Below, piece after piece: positions 19,400 through 29,299 of a stretch of 64,000 bases of DNA. Position 1 is the first letter of the stretch; each line of letters begins with the position of its first letter. Source of the DNA: Escherichia coli (lineage in GTDB: Bacteria; Pseudomonadota; Gammaproteobacteria; Enterobacterales; Enterobacteriaceae); the NCBI GenBank assembly GCA_032372955.1, contig GCA_032372955.1_4725.1. One strand, written 5' to 3'. A program made the position numbers and the translations under genes. Under the pieces are notes generated by a model. It was not told the origin of the DNA, did not search any database, and saw nothing but the letters and a program-made list of their open reading frames with translations.

Positions 19400-19837
19400 G
19401 TGACGTTTAAGCTATACATTGAACTCATGGCAATCGAGGAAAGAAAAATGTTAAATTCAACTTTTACCCACTATCTCCACACCTATGCAAAATTATGCTG
19501 CGTTGACATGGAAGAGCTCGCGAACGATAATACTGTTCGCGATTGTGAGATGCTTCCTAAGCGACAAGGTTTTCTACCCGGTTCGCGGTCAGCGGCGTTC
19601 TTCTTAATCGCTTACTTCATCGTTAGTCATAGTGCGGCGCTGTTGAGCCAAACCAAGAAACAGCGAAAGGATTACGCTACCGCAATCACTCAAGTTTATT
19701 TCGATCGTCTTCACGGACGTGCAGTGAGTATCGATACCGCGTTAACGACCGCGTTTCGTCATCGAGGCGCAACCGCGGTACAGCTACCTGCTTTGGTTAA
19801 GATCGGAAAAGAAATCATCCAGAATGCAACGCGTTAA
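19400..19837 (+). CDS. hypothetical protein (track start is GTG; an in-frame ATG at 19427 is an alternative start)
   Basis: 145-aa ORF. Confidence 0.4.
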   Translation: MTFKLYIELMAIEERKMLNSTFTHYLHTYAKLCCVDMEELANDNTVRDCEMLPKRQGFLPGSRSAAFFLIAYFIVSHSAALLSQTKKQRKDYATAITQVYFDRLHGRAVSIDTALTTAFRHRGATAVQLPALVKIGKEIIQNATR

Positions 19838-19853
19838 TAAATAAACCATAAAC

Positions 19854-19888
19854 CTTCCTTCCCCGGCCTTTACGGCTAGGGAAGGAGG
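19854..19888. terminator. C-rich/G-rich hairpin between convergent genes
   Basis: CCTTCCTTCCC ... GGGAAGGAGG, followed by a T-run at 19902-19909. Confidence 0.4.
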
Positions 19889-19907
19889 TTGTATAGCATT
19901 TCTTTTT

Positions 19908-20996
19908 TTATTGGAACGGGTCTGTACGACCGCTGCCACGATCTACACCACCGTGATCGTGGGTGTATACGTTTGTTCCGGTTGGTGAACGCCAAGAGCC
20001 TGCGATGTGTATGAAGTTCCCATTCAACGTCATCGTGTTCCCGTCTTCACCTGTGAAGCTTACAGCTCCAGTGAATACCGTATTAGGACATTTGAACGTG
20101 GTCTGTCCTGATACTTGCGCGGTGTAGCGATCACACTTCAAAGAAACATTCTGGCTCGTAACGCTTTCTGTTTTACTGGTACGCTCGAAGTTCTCACATT
20201 CGGTATAAATGTTTTTTGCTTTCATTCGGATATCGTTCTTAGCAATTGCTTTGAGCGTATCCTCGCATTGGAATGTGATGTTCTTTTTTGTCACGTCGAT
20301 GATGCTGTCGTCCTGGTTTTGATAACGCAGCATATGCTCGACAAAATGGAGTAACAGCAGATTTTGATGGACGCTGTCCGCAACCTGTAGGTAACCCTCG
20401 TCCAGATTAAGTTCCATGTAGACTTGGGTAACTTCACCAAGCTGTGCGCTGGTGCCGATAACCGCTTTCTTGAGGAAAGTATCAACCATTAGGTAATAGC
20501 AGTCTTCCGTTGAAATCGATTTACGGTCCTTCTTGGCGCTAGGACGTGCGCTGATGGTGAGGATAACCGATTCCATGGTCATCAGCTCGCTATCCCCTCC
20601 TTTGGGCTGCCAGTATAGCTGTTCTTCATCGGCGGTACGCCAGACCACCACACGCTGACCTTTCCTCAAGTTAGGTGCTGTCATCCGGTTACTGCCGAAG
20701 GGTAACCAGTAACACTGTACGCTGGTTGTTGTTGCCGCTTTCGCCGTATAACTGTTCCCTTGAGCGTCTGTTGCACTGACTTCTTTCACGCTTCCCGCCG
20801 CTTCAACTTTCCCGTCAGCACCTGACATCATCTCATCAAGAAAGACCTCCAGCGCCTGGTTAGGATCTTCTTCCAGACTTTTATTGGAAAAGTCGGCAGC
20901 AACAGTACCCAAGGCAAAGATACGGAAAACGCTTACGTTGTTGTCTGGAGCTAGCTGACTCCCTTTTGTGCGATTGTCTGTTGCCAGATCGCTCAT
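19908..20996 (-). CDS. hypothetical protein
   Basis: 362-aa ORF; GGAG-type RBS before start. Confidence 0.5.
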   Translation of the reverse strand: MSDLATDNRTKGSQLAPDNNVSVFRIFALGTVAADFSNKSLEEDPNQALEVFLDEMMSGADGKVEAAGSVKEVSATDAQGNSYTAKAATTTSVQCYWLPFGSNRMTAPNLRKGQRVVVWRTADEEQLYWQPKGGDSELMTMESVILTISARPSAKKDRKSISTEDCYYLMVDTFLKKAVIGTSAQLGEVTQVYMELNLDEGYLQVADSVHQNLLLLHFVEHMLRYQNQDDSIIDVTKKNITFQCEDTLKAIAKNDIRMKAKNIYTECENFERTSKTESVTSQNVSLKCDRYTAQVSGQTTFKCPNTVFTGAVSFTGEDGNTMTLNGNFIHIAGSWRSPTGTNVYTHDHGGVDRGSGRTDPFQ

Positions 20997-21047
20997 GCTG
21001 TAATCTCCTACTGATTTAAATAACGATATAGAAAATAACGCTGAAGT

Positions 21048-23567
21048 ATGGCTTCAGCTTCGCATTCTGAACCCGTGGTTCAGAAGGTATCGAAGAAGGA
21101 TTATCATAGCATGCGATGCACCTATCTCCACTTACGTGGATTCAATCGTTTTGATACCGGGATGATTCGGGAGCTGGTCATCCGGCCAGATAATCCCGTA
21201 CAACTCATTTTAGGCAGTAATGGTTCCGGTAAGAGTAGTCTACTGCCTTTGCTGTATCCAACCGTTCCTGAGCGTGCCGATTTTGATAAAGATGGGTATT
21301 ACGAGTACCGCTGCGAACACCGTAATAAGCAATACCGTCTTATCAGTCGTTTAGAAAAAGGGTTTAAGCACGAGTTCTACGTTAACGATAGCGAGAACCT
21401 GAATGGTGGTGGTACACAACCAGCCCAGTGGAAACTAATCGAGGAACATTTTGAACTTAATGACGACACCATTCGTTTGTTGTTAGGTTACGAAACGGCT
21501 TACCAGTTCACCGAAATGGGGCCGATGAAACGTCGCGAACGATTAACGCAGATATGTCCGGTTAACGTCGATTATGCGCTTGAGTTGTTTCAGGTGGTTA
21601 AGCAACAAGTACGTTCACTGAAAGCGGTGAATGAACATACACTGAATAAGTTGGTTGAAACATCACAGCGCATTGAAGCGAAATACACCGGCACCGACCA
21701 CCAGGGATTGGAAGCAGAGTTAAAGCAGCAACGCTCAGCGCTCGAAGCGATGATGGGGTTGCCGTTATTCGATAGTGATGTCGATCAACGACAGCTTCTG
21801 GAATCCGCACAACGTGCCCATCATTTTAATCGCGAGCTTCTTCGTGCGGTTGTTCGTTACCAAGGAGGAACATCGCAACAAGAACAGCAGAATCTGGCTG
21901 GACTAAGAGAACAACTCGCGAATGCGAATGCAAAACTCGAAAGTCAGGTTGACGAGCTGTTGGGTATCGATAACATTCTTGACCAGTTGAAACAGTCTGG
22001 AGAAGGTGATATCGATCAAATTAAAGCCCGCATTGCACGTTTGGACGAACAACTTCAGCAAGATCATCCAGGTGAGCTTTTAACAATGAATCTGGACGCT
22101 GCGGTTTGTTTACAACAGCTCATGCAAGTTCAGGCTCCGTTAACGGAATTGCTGCAAGAATGGATTGATACCGACAACACCTATCACGTCTACGATGCTG
22201 AAGCTTACATCAAGGAGGAAGAGGCGGCAAGAATGCGTTTGCGTAACGCGAAACATGCGTTAGCCGATTTGGAAGCGCATCTCGACCATCTTAACCATCA
22301 ACCCCAGACCAGCTGTCCAAAATGCAATTATCGCTTTCACGTTGGTGAAACGGAAAAGACCAGCAAAGCGAGTATTGAACAGCGTATTCAGAAAGGCCGT
22401 GCTTGGGTTGAAGAACAAGAGAAATCGTTAGCTGAGCTTAGCGAGAAGGTTCAGCGCTATACGCTCTGGATGGAACAGCATCGTCAGTTAACACGTTGGA
22501 CGAAGGATTATTACGCCATTAAACCCATGTGGGACAATCTGCTGGAAGAAGGACGTAAAAACGGTTTAGGATTCCGCAGCATTGGAATCATTAACGACTG
22601 GTTGCTTGCGTTTGAGAAACTTGCGCGTTACACACAAGCCGAGCAAGAACGGAAGCATCTTCAAGGCATGCTCGAACGTGTACAAGCGGTTGATGTTGAA
22701 CCGTTACAGCAACGTCGAGAATTGCTTTATAAGAACAGGACAGAGTTGTTAACAACCGTTGAGCGGTTAACACAAGCCATCACAGCTACGGAAGGCAGAT
22801 TGGAAACCATTACGACGATTATGGAAGATCAGGTGCGTTCTGATAACAGCGATAAAGCGTTAACGCAACTGTGGTTAGAGTATCTGCAACACCTCTACAC
22901 GAAATCGTTACGTGCTGCGATGTCTGATACGGTTCGCCGAATAAGTCATGTCGAACAGCAACTACAGGAAGCTAAAACCGACCAGCAGCTTCTGGCTCAG
23001 TTGGAAACGACACAAAAAGAGGTGGAAGAACAGCTCAGTTACGCACAACTTGTTTTGGATGAGTTGAGTCCATCCAACGGATTGATTGCCGAAACAATTG
23101 CTGGCCCAATCAACGCATTCGTTGAATACATGAACGGTATCATTTCGAGTATTTGGGAATACCAACTTCAGATACTCCCGTGTGCTATCGACGCGCAAGG
23201 ATTGAACTATCGTTTTCCGCTTTTAACTGAGAAGTATCCGACACCGCGAAAAGATATTGTTTATGGGAGTAAGGGACAAAAGGAAATTATCAACATCGCG
23301 TTCATCATCGCGATGATGCATTACAAAGGGTTTACGGATTATCCGTTGATGTTAGATGAATTCGCATCAACATTCGATCCGCAGCACCAATCTAATGCCA
23401 TGGATTTTGTTCGTCGTCTGGTTGATGGTCACCGCGTAAGCCAGGTGTGGTTTATCAGTCACTATGTAATCAACCATGCATCATTCCGTAAAGCCGAGTG
23501 TATGGTTCTTGATAAAACGAACATCATTCTCCCTGAAACATATAACGAACACGTCACGATTATTTAA
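21048..23567 (+). CDS. SbcC/Rad50-like SMC-type ATPase (recombination/repair nuclease subunit); alternative start at 21111
   Basis: Walker A GSNGSGKSS, long coiled-coil middle, CPKCNY zinc-hook-like CxxC, C-terminal LMLDEFAS Walker B/D-loop. Confidence 0.7.
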   Translation: MASASHSEPVVQKVSKKDYHSMRCTYLHLRGFNRFDTGMIRELVIRPDNPVQLILGSNGSGKSSLLPLLYPTVPERADFDKDGYYEYRCEHRNKQYRLISRLEKGFKHEFYVNDSENLNGGGTQPAQWKLIEEHFELNDDTIRLLLGYETAYQFTEMGPMKRRERLTQICPVNVDYALELFQVVKQQVRSLKAVNEHTLNKLVETSQRIEAKYTGTDHQGLEAELKQQRSALEAMMGLPLFDSDVDQRQLLESAQRAHHFNRELLRAVVRYQGGTSQQEQQNLAGLREQLANANAKLESQVDELLGIDNILDQLKQSGEGDIDQIKARIARLDEQLQQDHPGELLTMNLDAAVCLQQLMQVQAPLTELLQEWIDTDNTYHVYDAEAYIKEEEAARMRLRNAKHALADLEAHLDHLNHQPQTSCPKCNYRFHVGETEKTSKASIEQRIQKGRAWVEEQEKSLAELSEKVQRYTLWMEQHRQLTRWTKDYYAIKPMWDNLLEEGRKNGLGFRSIGIINDWLLAFEKLARYTQAEQERKHLQGMLERVQAVDVEPLQQRRELLYKNRTELLTTVERLTQAITATEGRLETITTIMEDQVRSDNSDKALTQLWLEYLQHLYTKSLRAAMSDTVRRISHVEQQLQEAKTDQQLLAQLETTQKEVEEQLSYAQLVLDELSPSNGLIAETIAGPINAFVEYMNGIISSIWEYQLQILPCAIDAQGLNYRFPLLTEKYPTPRKDIVYGSKGQKEIINIAFIIAMMHYKGFTDYPLMLDEFASTFDPQHQSNAMDFVRRLVDGHRVSQVWFISHYVINHASFRKAECMVLDKTNIILPETYNEHVTII

Positions 23568-23588
23568 GACAAATAAGGATTTCTGTTG

Positions 23589-24401
23589 ATGAAAAAGCCC
23601 ATGAAGAAGCTAGGCCATGCACGCAAGCATCGCTATTCCGATCTGGAGAAAATGTTTTTAACGCAGCAGCCGTTTCTCCAGACTTATTTTAACGGGATGG
23701 CGAAGAAGTTAGCCGATGAGTACCAGGAGCGTGGTACGCCAGCACGAATTACAATCACCGTAATTCCAACGTTCGCTGAAAAGATCTATAACGTCATGAC
23801 GGAGATTATTCCCGAAGACGCAAAATCCCAGGATGAAGTTCTGCGATTAACACGCTACATCCGTTTTAAAGAACATCTGGACGCACAAGCCACCATCATT
23901 CTGGAAAACGAAAAACCTGAACCCGACGTTGAGCTTATTGCTTCTCTCCTCCCTGACCGTTTATTACACGATTTTGTTACCGTGAAACGTATCGACGAAC
24001 AAGGAAAAGAGGTTGAGGTTCAGCTACGCCAAGAAACCGTGGTTGCGTTGGATTGGATTGAAGACCGTTGTAAAGCGCTGAGCAAGCTTCTGGATGATGA
24101 AGGGACGAATGCTCGTGTCGCTATCGATTTCGGTTATGAACCGGATGATGCAGTAACCATGATGCGCGTGCTGTACGATCCTAAGGTTAATGACCACGCG
24201 ATCATCGTTAAACGCGAAGGCGTTAAAGGCGAAGTTAGCCTGGTTAAAGACCTGGGTCCTATTCACACGGTAGGTTTAACCGAAGACCAAACGCCGTTCG
24301 AAAAGCTTTCGGTGTATGAGCAATCGGAAGTTGAACGCTTCCTGGAAGGTGTTGTTGCGAAAACCTTCCCATGGTCAGTAGAGGCTGTTGTAACATCATG
24401 A
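23589..24401 (+). CDS. hypothetical protein (no Mre11/SbcD phosphoesterase motifs seen)
   Basis: ATG at 23589 with AAGGA RBS; acidic protein. Confidence 0.45.
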   Translation: MKKPMKKLGHARKHRYSDLEKMFLTQQPFLQTYFNGMAKKLADEYQERGTPARITITVIPTFAEKIYNVMTEIIPEDAKSQDEVLRLTRYIRFKEHLDAQATIILENEKPEPDVELIASLLPDRLLHDFVTVKRIDEQGKEVEVQLRQETVVALDWIEDRCKALSKLLDDEGTNARVAIDFGYEPDDAVTMMRVLYDPKVNDHAIIVKREGVKGEVSLVKDLGPIHTVGLTEDQTPFEKLSVYEQSEVERFLEGVVAKTFPWSVEAVVTS

Positions 24402-25012
24402 TCCCACCAGAATACGCTTACGATATTCTGGCAATCGACCCTGGCACCGATACACTCGGTGCGTCGTTACTACGTTTGGACGTGCGTGTCGAAGATATTG
24501 AACTGCTGTATGCGGGGACATGGCACGCCTCACGTCGATACGATCCCGATGGCGATATTGCGCTTGGATACGGTAATCGTGCCGCGCGTATCCAAGAACA
24601 CCGTCGTTCGCTGACAACGTTATTGCAAGAGTACCAGCCGCAAGCGGTTGCTTGTGAGACACCGTTCATCGGTCGTTTCAAGCAAAGCGGTATGGCGCTC
24701 AGCGAGCTGTTTTCAGCGATTCAGACAACGGTTATCGACTTTGATCCTACGGTATCTTTCTTAGGGGTTGATAACCGAAGCGCAAAACGCGCTGTTGGGA
24801 TTATGACGTCCCGTGTTGGTAAGGACGATGTTCGCCAGAAAGTGCTGAACCTCATGAACATCACACCCAGAAACGGTGTCGTGTTAGCGAATCTTGATGA
24901 GCATGCGATAGACAGCATCGCCGTGGGTTATTTCGCAGCTGAACTCCTGTTCGAAGAATGGCGTATTCTTGATGACCATCGAAACGGGAAGGTCGGTACA
25001 AAACGCCGTTAG
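24398..25012 (+). CDS. RuvC-like Holliday junction resolvase
   Basis: ILAIDPGTDTLG (first catalytic Asp), AVACETPF (Glu), HAIDSIAVG (C-terminal acidic residues); ATGA overlap with upstream gene. Confidence 0.55.
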   Translation: MIPPEYAYDILAIDPGTDTLGASLLRLDVRVEDIELLYAGTWHASRRYDPDGDIALGYGNRAARIQEHRRSLTTLLQEYQPQAVACETPFIGRFKQSGMALSELFSAIQTTVIDFDPTVSFLGVDNRSAKRAVGIMTSRVGKDDVRQKVLNLMNITPRNGVVLANLDEHAIDSIAVGYFAAELLFEEWRILDDHRNGKVGTKRR

Positions 25013-25044
25013 CAACTCGTACAAAACCCAAGAAGGAAAACGTT

Positions 25045-26226
25045 ATGAATACGGTTGAATGGGGCCTAGTTGATTATTGTCCTCAAGTCCCGGTTATCTG
25101 TGGTGCAGAGAAATACAGCGAAGATCGTTTTATCGTACCGTTGGTCAGTACGACGACAAAACGTCCGGTTAGTGAAGGTGCAATAACCGGTCTGTTGGCG
25201 CATCTTAACGACGGTAAGGTGCCCGTCATTAGCAGTAAAATCGAAGCGGTGCTTGATGGCGCTGAAGTGCTCTTCCCGATTCGTGACGTGAACGATATCG
25301 TCGGTCGCGTTTTAACAGGATGGTTGGAAGACGACGGTGTGGTAAAAGCCTTGATTCATATTGACCGCGATACTCCTAATGCGGAACGTGTGAAACAGGC
25401 ATTGAATTCGGATGCTACGCGTTTGCAGATCACCGTCATGGACGTTGGTGCTGAAAACAAGTATTTAGTTGAATACTTCGTTCCCATGGTGTCCATCGAA
25501 CCTTTTGACCGCATTGTTGAGCAACCTGAACCTACCGCAGATAAAATAGTGACGCCAGCGGTAATGCGAAGTATCACTGCAGACAACTCGGTATTGAACA
25601 ATGAATCTATCATCCTACGTGGTATTGTTCCTACCGGATACAACGGTGAAGCATTATTAGTCAGAATTCCGGAACTTAATAACCGTCGTGTGTTTATCGG
25701 ATGTGTTGGGTATGAAGTTCTGTACTTCGACGCCGAAGGTCGTGCTGTGATTGCGACAAAATCAAAGTTATTTAACCAGCATAAAGCGCAAGCGTCCGCA
25801 ACCCAACCGTACCGGCTGGTGTATTCCGAAGATAAAGTAACGATCTGGTTCGTGAATGGAAACGATACCCTTAATAGTGCTTTTCCAGAGAAAACATTCA
25901 AACCAGTGACATTAATAGAAATGTTCGGTGGTGAGGCATACGTAGCTAATTGTGTTAATGGTCAGTTCCGTCTACCCTCCTGTTGTGAATTCAAGACGGA
26001 TGACACCATTACCGTAAACAATGTGCGTGTAAGTCTAATAAGAATCGACGCTAGTTCCGGTTTTGCGGTGTTTGAACCCCACGGCATGATTCTCGAAAAT
26101 CTTAAAGAGGCTTGTAAGGTCTCAGAACCATTCGGTGATGAACGCAGCCTTATCATCGTTAAACGTACCGATGTTGATCGGGTGGAGATTACAGTATCGC
26201 AGCCGATGTCGGCGAAAACGAAGTAG
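25045..26226 (+). CDS. hypothetical protein
   Basis: 393-aa ORF; AAGGAA RBS. Confidence 0.5.
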   Translation: MNTVEWGLVDYCPQVPVICGAEKYSEDRFIVPLVSTTTKRPVSEGAITGLLAHLNDGKVPVISSKIEAVLDGAEVLFPIRDVNDIVGRVLTGWLEDDGVVKALIHIDRDTPNAERVKQALNSDATRLQITVMDVGAENKYLVEYFVPMVSIEPFDRIVEQPEPTADKIVTPAVMRSITADNSVLNNESIILRGIVPTGYNGEALLVRIPELNNRRVFIGCVGYEVLYFDAEGRAVIATKSKLFNQHKAQASATQPYRLVYSEDKVTIWFVNGNDTLNSAFPEKTFKPVTLIEMFGGEAYVANCVNGQFRLPSCCEFKTDDTITVNNVRVSLIRIDASSGFAVFEPHGMILENLKEACKVSEPFGDERSLIIVKRTDVDRVEITVSQPMSAKTK

Positions 26227-26242
26227 TTAATTGGAGCGGGGA

Positions 26243-26872
26243 ATGTCTCGTAATAAATATATCGTTATTGAAGGCCTGGATTATTCAGGAAAGAGTTCGG
26301 TTATCTCGTCTTTACACAGTCGTTTAAACAACGTCTGTGTCGTACGTGAGCCGGGTGGTACGCTCTACGGAGAAGCCATTCGTAAACTTATCCTGGAAGA
26401 TCAGACGCCAACGAACAGATTCGATCCAGAAACTGAACTATTGGCGATGATGTCGCAACGCAATCATCTCTTCAACAAGGTGATTCATCCAGCCCTTAAC
26501 GAAGGGAAGACTGTGCTTAGCGATCGTTCGATTGCTTCGACGTATGTTTATCAGGTTAATGACGCTAACGTTAAGTTGTTTGATGCGTTGTTGCCGAACT
26601 TACCGTCTATTATCATGCCGTCTTACTACGTTTATCTGGATATTGACTATCCTACGTATTTAAGACGGTTCCGTGTTCGCCACGCTAAACATCAGATGTT
26701 TGATAACATCGATGAAGCGACATTCAATAAACGACGTTATCGTTACATGGATTTTATGGACTATCTCGGCGATGCGAAAACGTTGTGTATAGATACCAGT
26801 AACACACATTCTCCTGTTGATGTCGCTAATCGTGTTTACGACAATCTGTTGAATGCAGGGTTTGTTGAATAA
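26243..26872 (+). CDS. tmk: thymidylate kinase
   Basis: P-loop IVIEGLDYSGKSS, REPGGT, DRS motif; GGAG RBS 8 nt upstream of ATG 26243. Confidence 0.85.
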   Translation: MSRNKYIVIEGLDYSGKSSVISSLHSRLNNVCVVREPGGTLYGEAIRKLILEDQTPTNRFDPETELLAMMSQRNHLFNKVIHPALNEGKTVLSDRSIASTYVYQVNDANVKLFDALLPNLPSIIMPSYYVYLDIDYPTYLRRFRVRHAKHQMFDNIDEATFNKRRYRYMDFMDYLGDAKTLCIDTSNTHSPVDVANRVYDNLLNAGFVE

Positions 26873-26890
26873 CGTTTAACGGCATATTTC

Positions 26891-26927
26891 ATCCTCCCTT
26901 CCCTTACGGGTTGGGAGGATGGTTTTT
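26891..26927 (+). terminator. intrinsic terminator ATCCTCCC/GGGAGGAT plus TTTTT
   Basis: 8-bp stem with T5 tail directly after tmk. Confidence 0.6.
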
Positions 26928-27339
26928 ATGCGCTTTCTACTTCAACGATAAAACGACGGATTTCACCATCAGAGGCTTTCAATGTTTGCGTGTAGGTGAA
27001 TTTTGCGATCCCTGACGGCAGCAATACATGATCGGTATTTTCTGTATCGTGTTGGAAATCTTTATTGGAATCAAGATCGATACTGTTTAAGGCCTTCCGT
27101 ATACGTGGCATCAGTGGATAAAAATCACCGAGATCGCGTAACCCTGGAATGGGTTCTAATACGATTTTGGTTTCAGTGCCAACACCATTCATGACAGGCG
27201 TTGTTGAAGTAAATTCAACGTTCAAATTGCTCATGTTTATAACCTTTTGTTTAACAGACGATGAATAATCATGCATAGGTGTTGGCCCTCGTGAAGACGG
27301 GGGCCTCGACGATTTCTCGTCATACACTAATGCACACAT
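26926..27339 (-). CDS. hypothetical protein (true start may be the internal ATG at 27234)
   Basis: 137-aa ORF; better RBS precedes the internal ATG. Confidence 0.4.
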   Translation of the reverse strand: MCALVYDEKSSRPPSSRGPTPMHDYSSSVKQKVINMSNLNVEFTSTTPVMNGVGTETKIVLEPIPGLRDLGDFYPLMPRIRKALNSIDLDSNKDFQHDTENTDHVLLPSGIAKFTYTQTLKASDGEIRRFIVEVESA

Positions 27340-27344
27340 TGTTT

Positions 27345-27467
27345 TCAGCGTAATACATTATGCGTATTACGCCTTTCTTCAGCCATGATAGCAACAGCGT
27401 GTTTAACAGAGAATGCGCAGATACCCGCCAGCAATGCTCTCTCCATTAGAATGAGTAACATGTTCAT
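27345..27467 (-). CDS. small hydrophobic protein, 40 aa, not in ORF track
   Basis: AAAGGAGGGAG RBS directly upstream; translation MNMLLILMERALLAGICAFSVKHAVAIMAEERRNTHNVLR. Confidence 0.35.
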   Translation of the reverse strand: MNMLLILMERALLAGICAFSVKHAVAIMAEERRNTHNVLR

Positions 27468-27535
27468 CTCCCTCCTTTGTGTTATATTCACACCATTTTC
27501 CTATTTTGTTAATTCTTATTCCTGATATTTAACAG

Positions 27536-27564
27536 CATAAAAGCCTGCCCCGAAGGACAGGCTT
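27536..27564 (-). terminator. intrinsic terminator on minus strand (tetraloop hairpin plus U-run)
   Basis: AAGCCTGCC-CCGAAG-GACAGGCTT, with an A-run on the + strand (U-run on the minus-strand transcript). Confidence 0.5.
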
Positions 27565-27569
27565 GATGA

Positions 27570-28409
27570 TTAGTAACGACGTAAGCTATCTACGGTGTTG
27601 CCATAACAGTCAGTAATGTACACACTTTCATTGGGATAGATGAAAATGAAACACGTGGTGTGCGTTGTTGTCGATGTATAATCGTCTACAACGGTTGGTT
27701 CGGTATAGCGTAGAACACCAATCGCTTGACTTAAACGGTAATTGTTTTCATCGTTCATCATAGCGTAATGTTCATCGCATCCATCAGATTTAACGACGAG
27801 GTTGTGATGTACCGCCCGAACCCCAGTAGGCTCTTGTTCTTTTAATGGGCCATCCAATTCGATATCATAACCACCATCGGTGGTGGGTGTTGCCGTAGCA
27901 AGAACCGATCCGTATTTCTTTACCAGGGGCGATAAGCTGGTATTGATCTTCGTATTTGGATCGATGTCATCAAAAAGTAACTGATACGTTAACTTAGCGA
28001 ATTCGGGATGAATATCTTTACCCAGCTGGTTGTTCAGGGCGGCAAGGTATTGTTCAAACGTGTTCTCTGGATTAAACACGCAAACGTCATTAAAATCAAC
28101 CAAAACGTTTGATAAAATTTCTGCGTTTTCGCGCACAACGATAGTCGTGAGACTGATTTCCCGTTTTCTTGCGTCCCGAACGAAGTGTCTAACAGCATCA
28201 CCGAATAACTCTGCCCACGTGATACCGTTGATACAGTCATCGGACGTCAGTGTTCTCACGGCTTTATTTTTAGCGTATTCGATAGCTTCTTTGAATACGG
28301 TACTGTTTCGATTACCTAGAACTGGATCGGTCAGGTACATTGGTTGGCTATTGCCGTTAGTAAACAACTTACAAACAAATACTTTTTCCATGATAGGTTC
28401 CTGTTTCAA
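27570..28409 (-). CDS. hypothetical protein
   Basis: 279-aa ORF; AGGAA RBS. Confidence 0.5.
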   Translation of the reverse strand: MKQEPIMEKVFVCKLFTNGNSQPMYLTDPVLGNRNSTVFKEAIEYAKNKAVRTLTSDDCINGITWAELFGDAVRHFVRDARKREISLTTIVVRENAEILSNVLVDFNDVCVFNPENTFEQYLAALNNQLGKDIHPEFAKLTYQLLFDDIDPNTKINTSLSPLVKKYGSVLATATPTTDGGYDIELDGPLKEQEPTGVRAVHHNLVVKSDGCDEHYAMMNDENNYRLSQAIGVLRYTEPTVVDDYTSTTTHTTCFIFIYPNESVYITDCYGNTVDSLRRY

Positions 28410-28496
28410 AGATGATGATTCCGAAGATGATTGGTTTAGGCTAAAAGCCTATAAAATTAGTTGCGGATGCCGTATTTATCTTAATCCAACATTTTT

Positions 28497-28520
28497 CACG
28501 GCTATATTACTTAAGTGAAG
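28497..28520 (+). promoter_or_regulatory. phage-specific promoter-like element CACGGCTATATTACTTAAGTGAAG (copy 2 of 3)
   Basis: near-identical to 15991..16015; about 20 nt upstream of ATG 28542. Confidence 0.45.
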
Positions 28521-28541
28521 TAAGCCAGCGAGATTTCAATC

Positions 28542-29198
28542 ATGGATAAGACTTTCAGTCTCACCGATGTGGAACAACAATGGTTTCCTATCGAAGTGAT
28601 TGAAAGATACTTTCGCTTGGCTAGGAAACTCGACATACCGCAACAGCTACACCGTTTGAGTGCTCGTGGATGGGTAATGCTGAAAGCCTTACGTGTAGGC
28701 GCAAAACGTTTTTACGCTTTCCTGCACGAGAAACTTAACTGCACATGTAAAACCGAATACCGCCATCCACGATGGTTTAAATCAATTTCATCTCAAAAAT
28801 CGAAGGAGTCTATCATGACCAATAAAGATCAGAAAATGAACAACCAGCCGTTTGAACCATCTGAAACGACTGTTGACCAAGAATCCATTAAGCAATCAAC
28901 TTCCAAACAAGAGGAAACCACCATGAACGTACGTTATGATAACCTTGACCGCGATACCTTAGCCCGCTTGGCTGAATCCGAAATTCATCGGAATGAAGCA
29001 GAGGCTGAATACATGCGTCGTATGGCGCTTGATCAAAAGCCTGACCGTAAATGGCAGTATCGTGCTGGGGTTGCGTTAACGGCGACGAGCGCAGCAGCAA
29101 TGGGCGCTATCGCTCTCTTCTACCTGAAACATACGGGTCTGTTTGACGGTTTGTTAGGGGGAAGCAAACCTGATACAAATGAAGAAGCTGCAAGCTAA
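28542..29198 (+). CDS. hypothetical protein with C-terminal transmembrane segment; possibly two genes (internal ATG at 28815 has a strong AAGGAG RBS)
   Basis: 218-aa ORF; C-terminal hydrophobic stretch GVALTATSAAAMGAIALFYL. Confidence 0.45.
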   Translation: MDKTFSLTDVEQQWFPIEVIERYFRLARKLDIPQQLHRLSARGWVMLKALRVGAKRFYAFLHEKLNCTCKTEYRHPRWFKSISSQKSKESIMTNKDQKMNNQPFEPSETTVDQESIKQSTSKQEETTMNVRYDNLDRDTLARLAESEIHRNEAEAEYMRRMALDQKPDRKWQYRAGVALTATSAAAMGAIALFYLKHTGLFDGLLGGSKPDTNEEAAS

Positions 29199-29205
29199 TT
29201 GATCC

Positions 29206-29250
29206 AAGGTCCTCTGATATCAGAGGACCTTGCTTTATATCGTTTTTTCT
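29206..29250 (+). terminator. intrinsic terminator: perfect palindrome GGTCCTCTGATATCAGAGGACC plus T-rich tract
   Basis: direct reading. Confidence 0.6.
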
Positions 29251-29299
29251 TTTGTTGTTTTTAACCGATCTTCAAGATGCGTATGTAGGGGAGATGACA

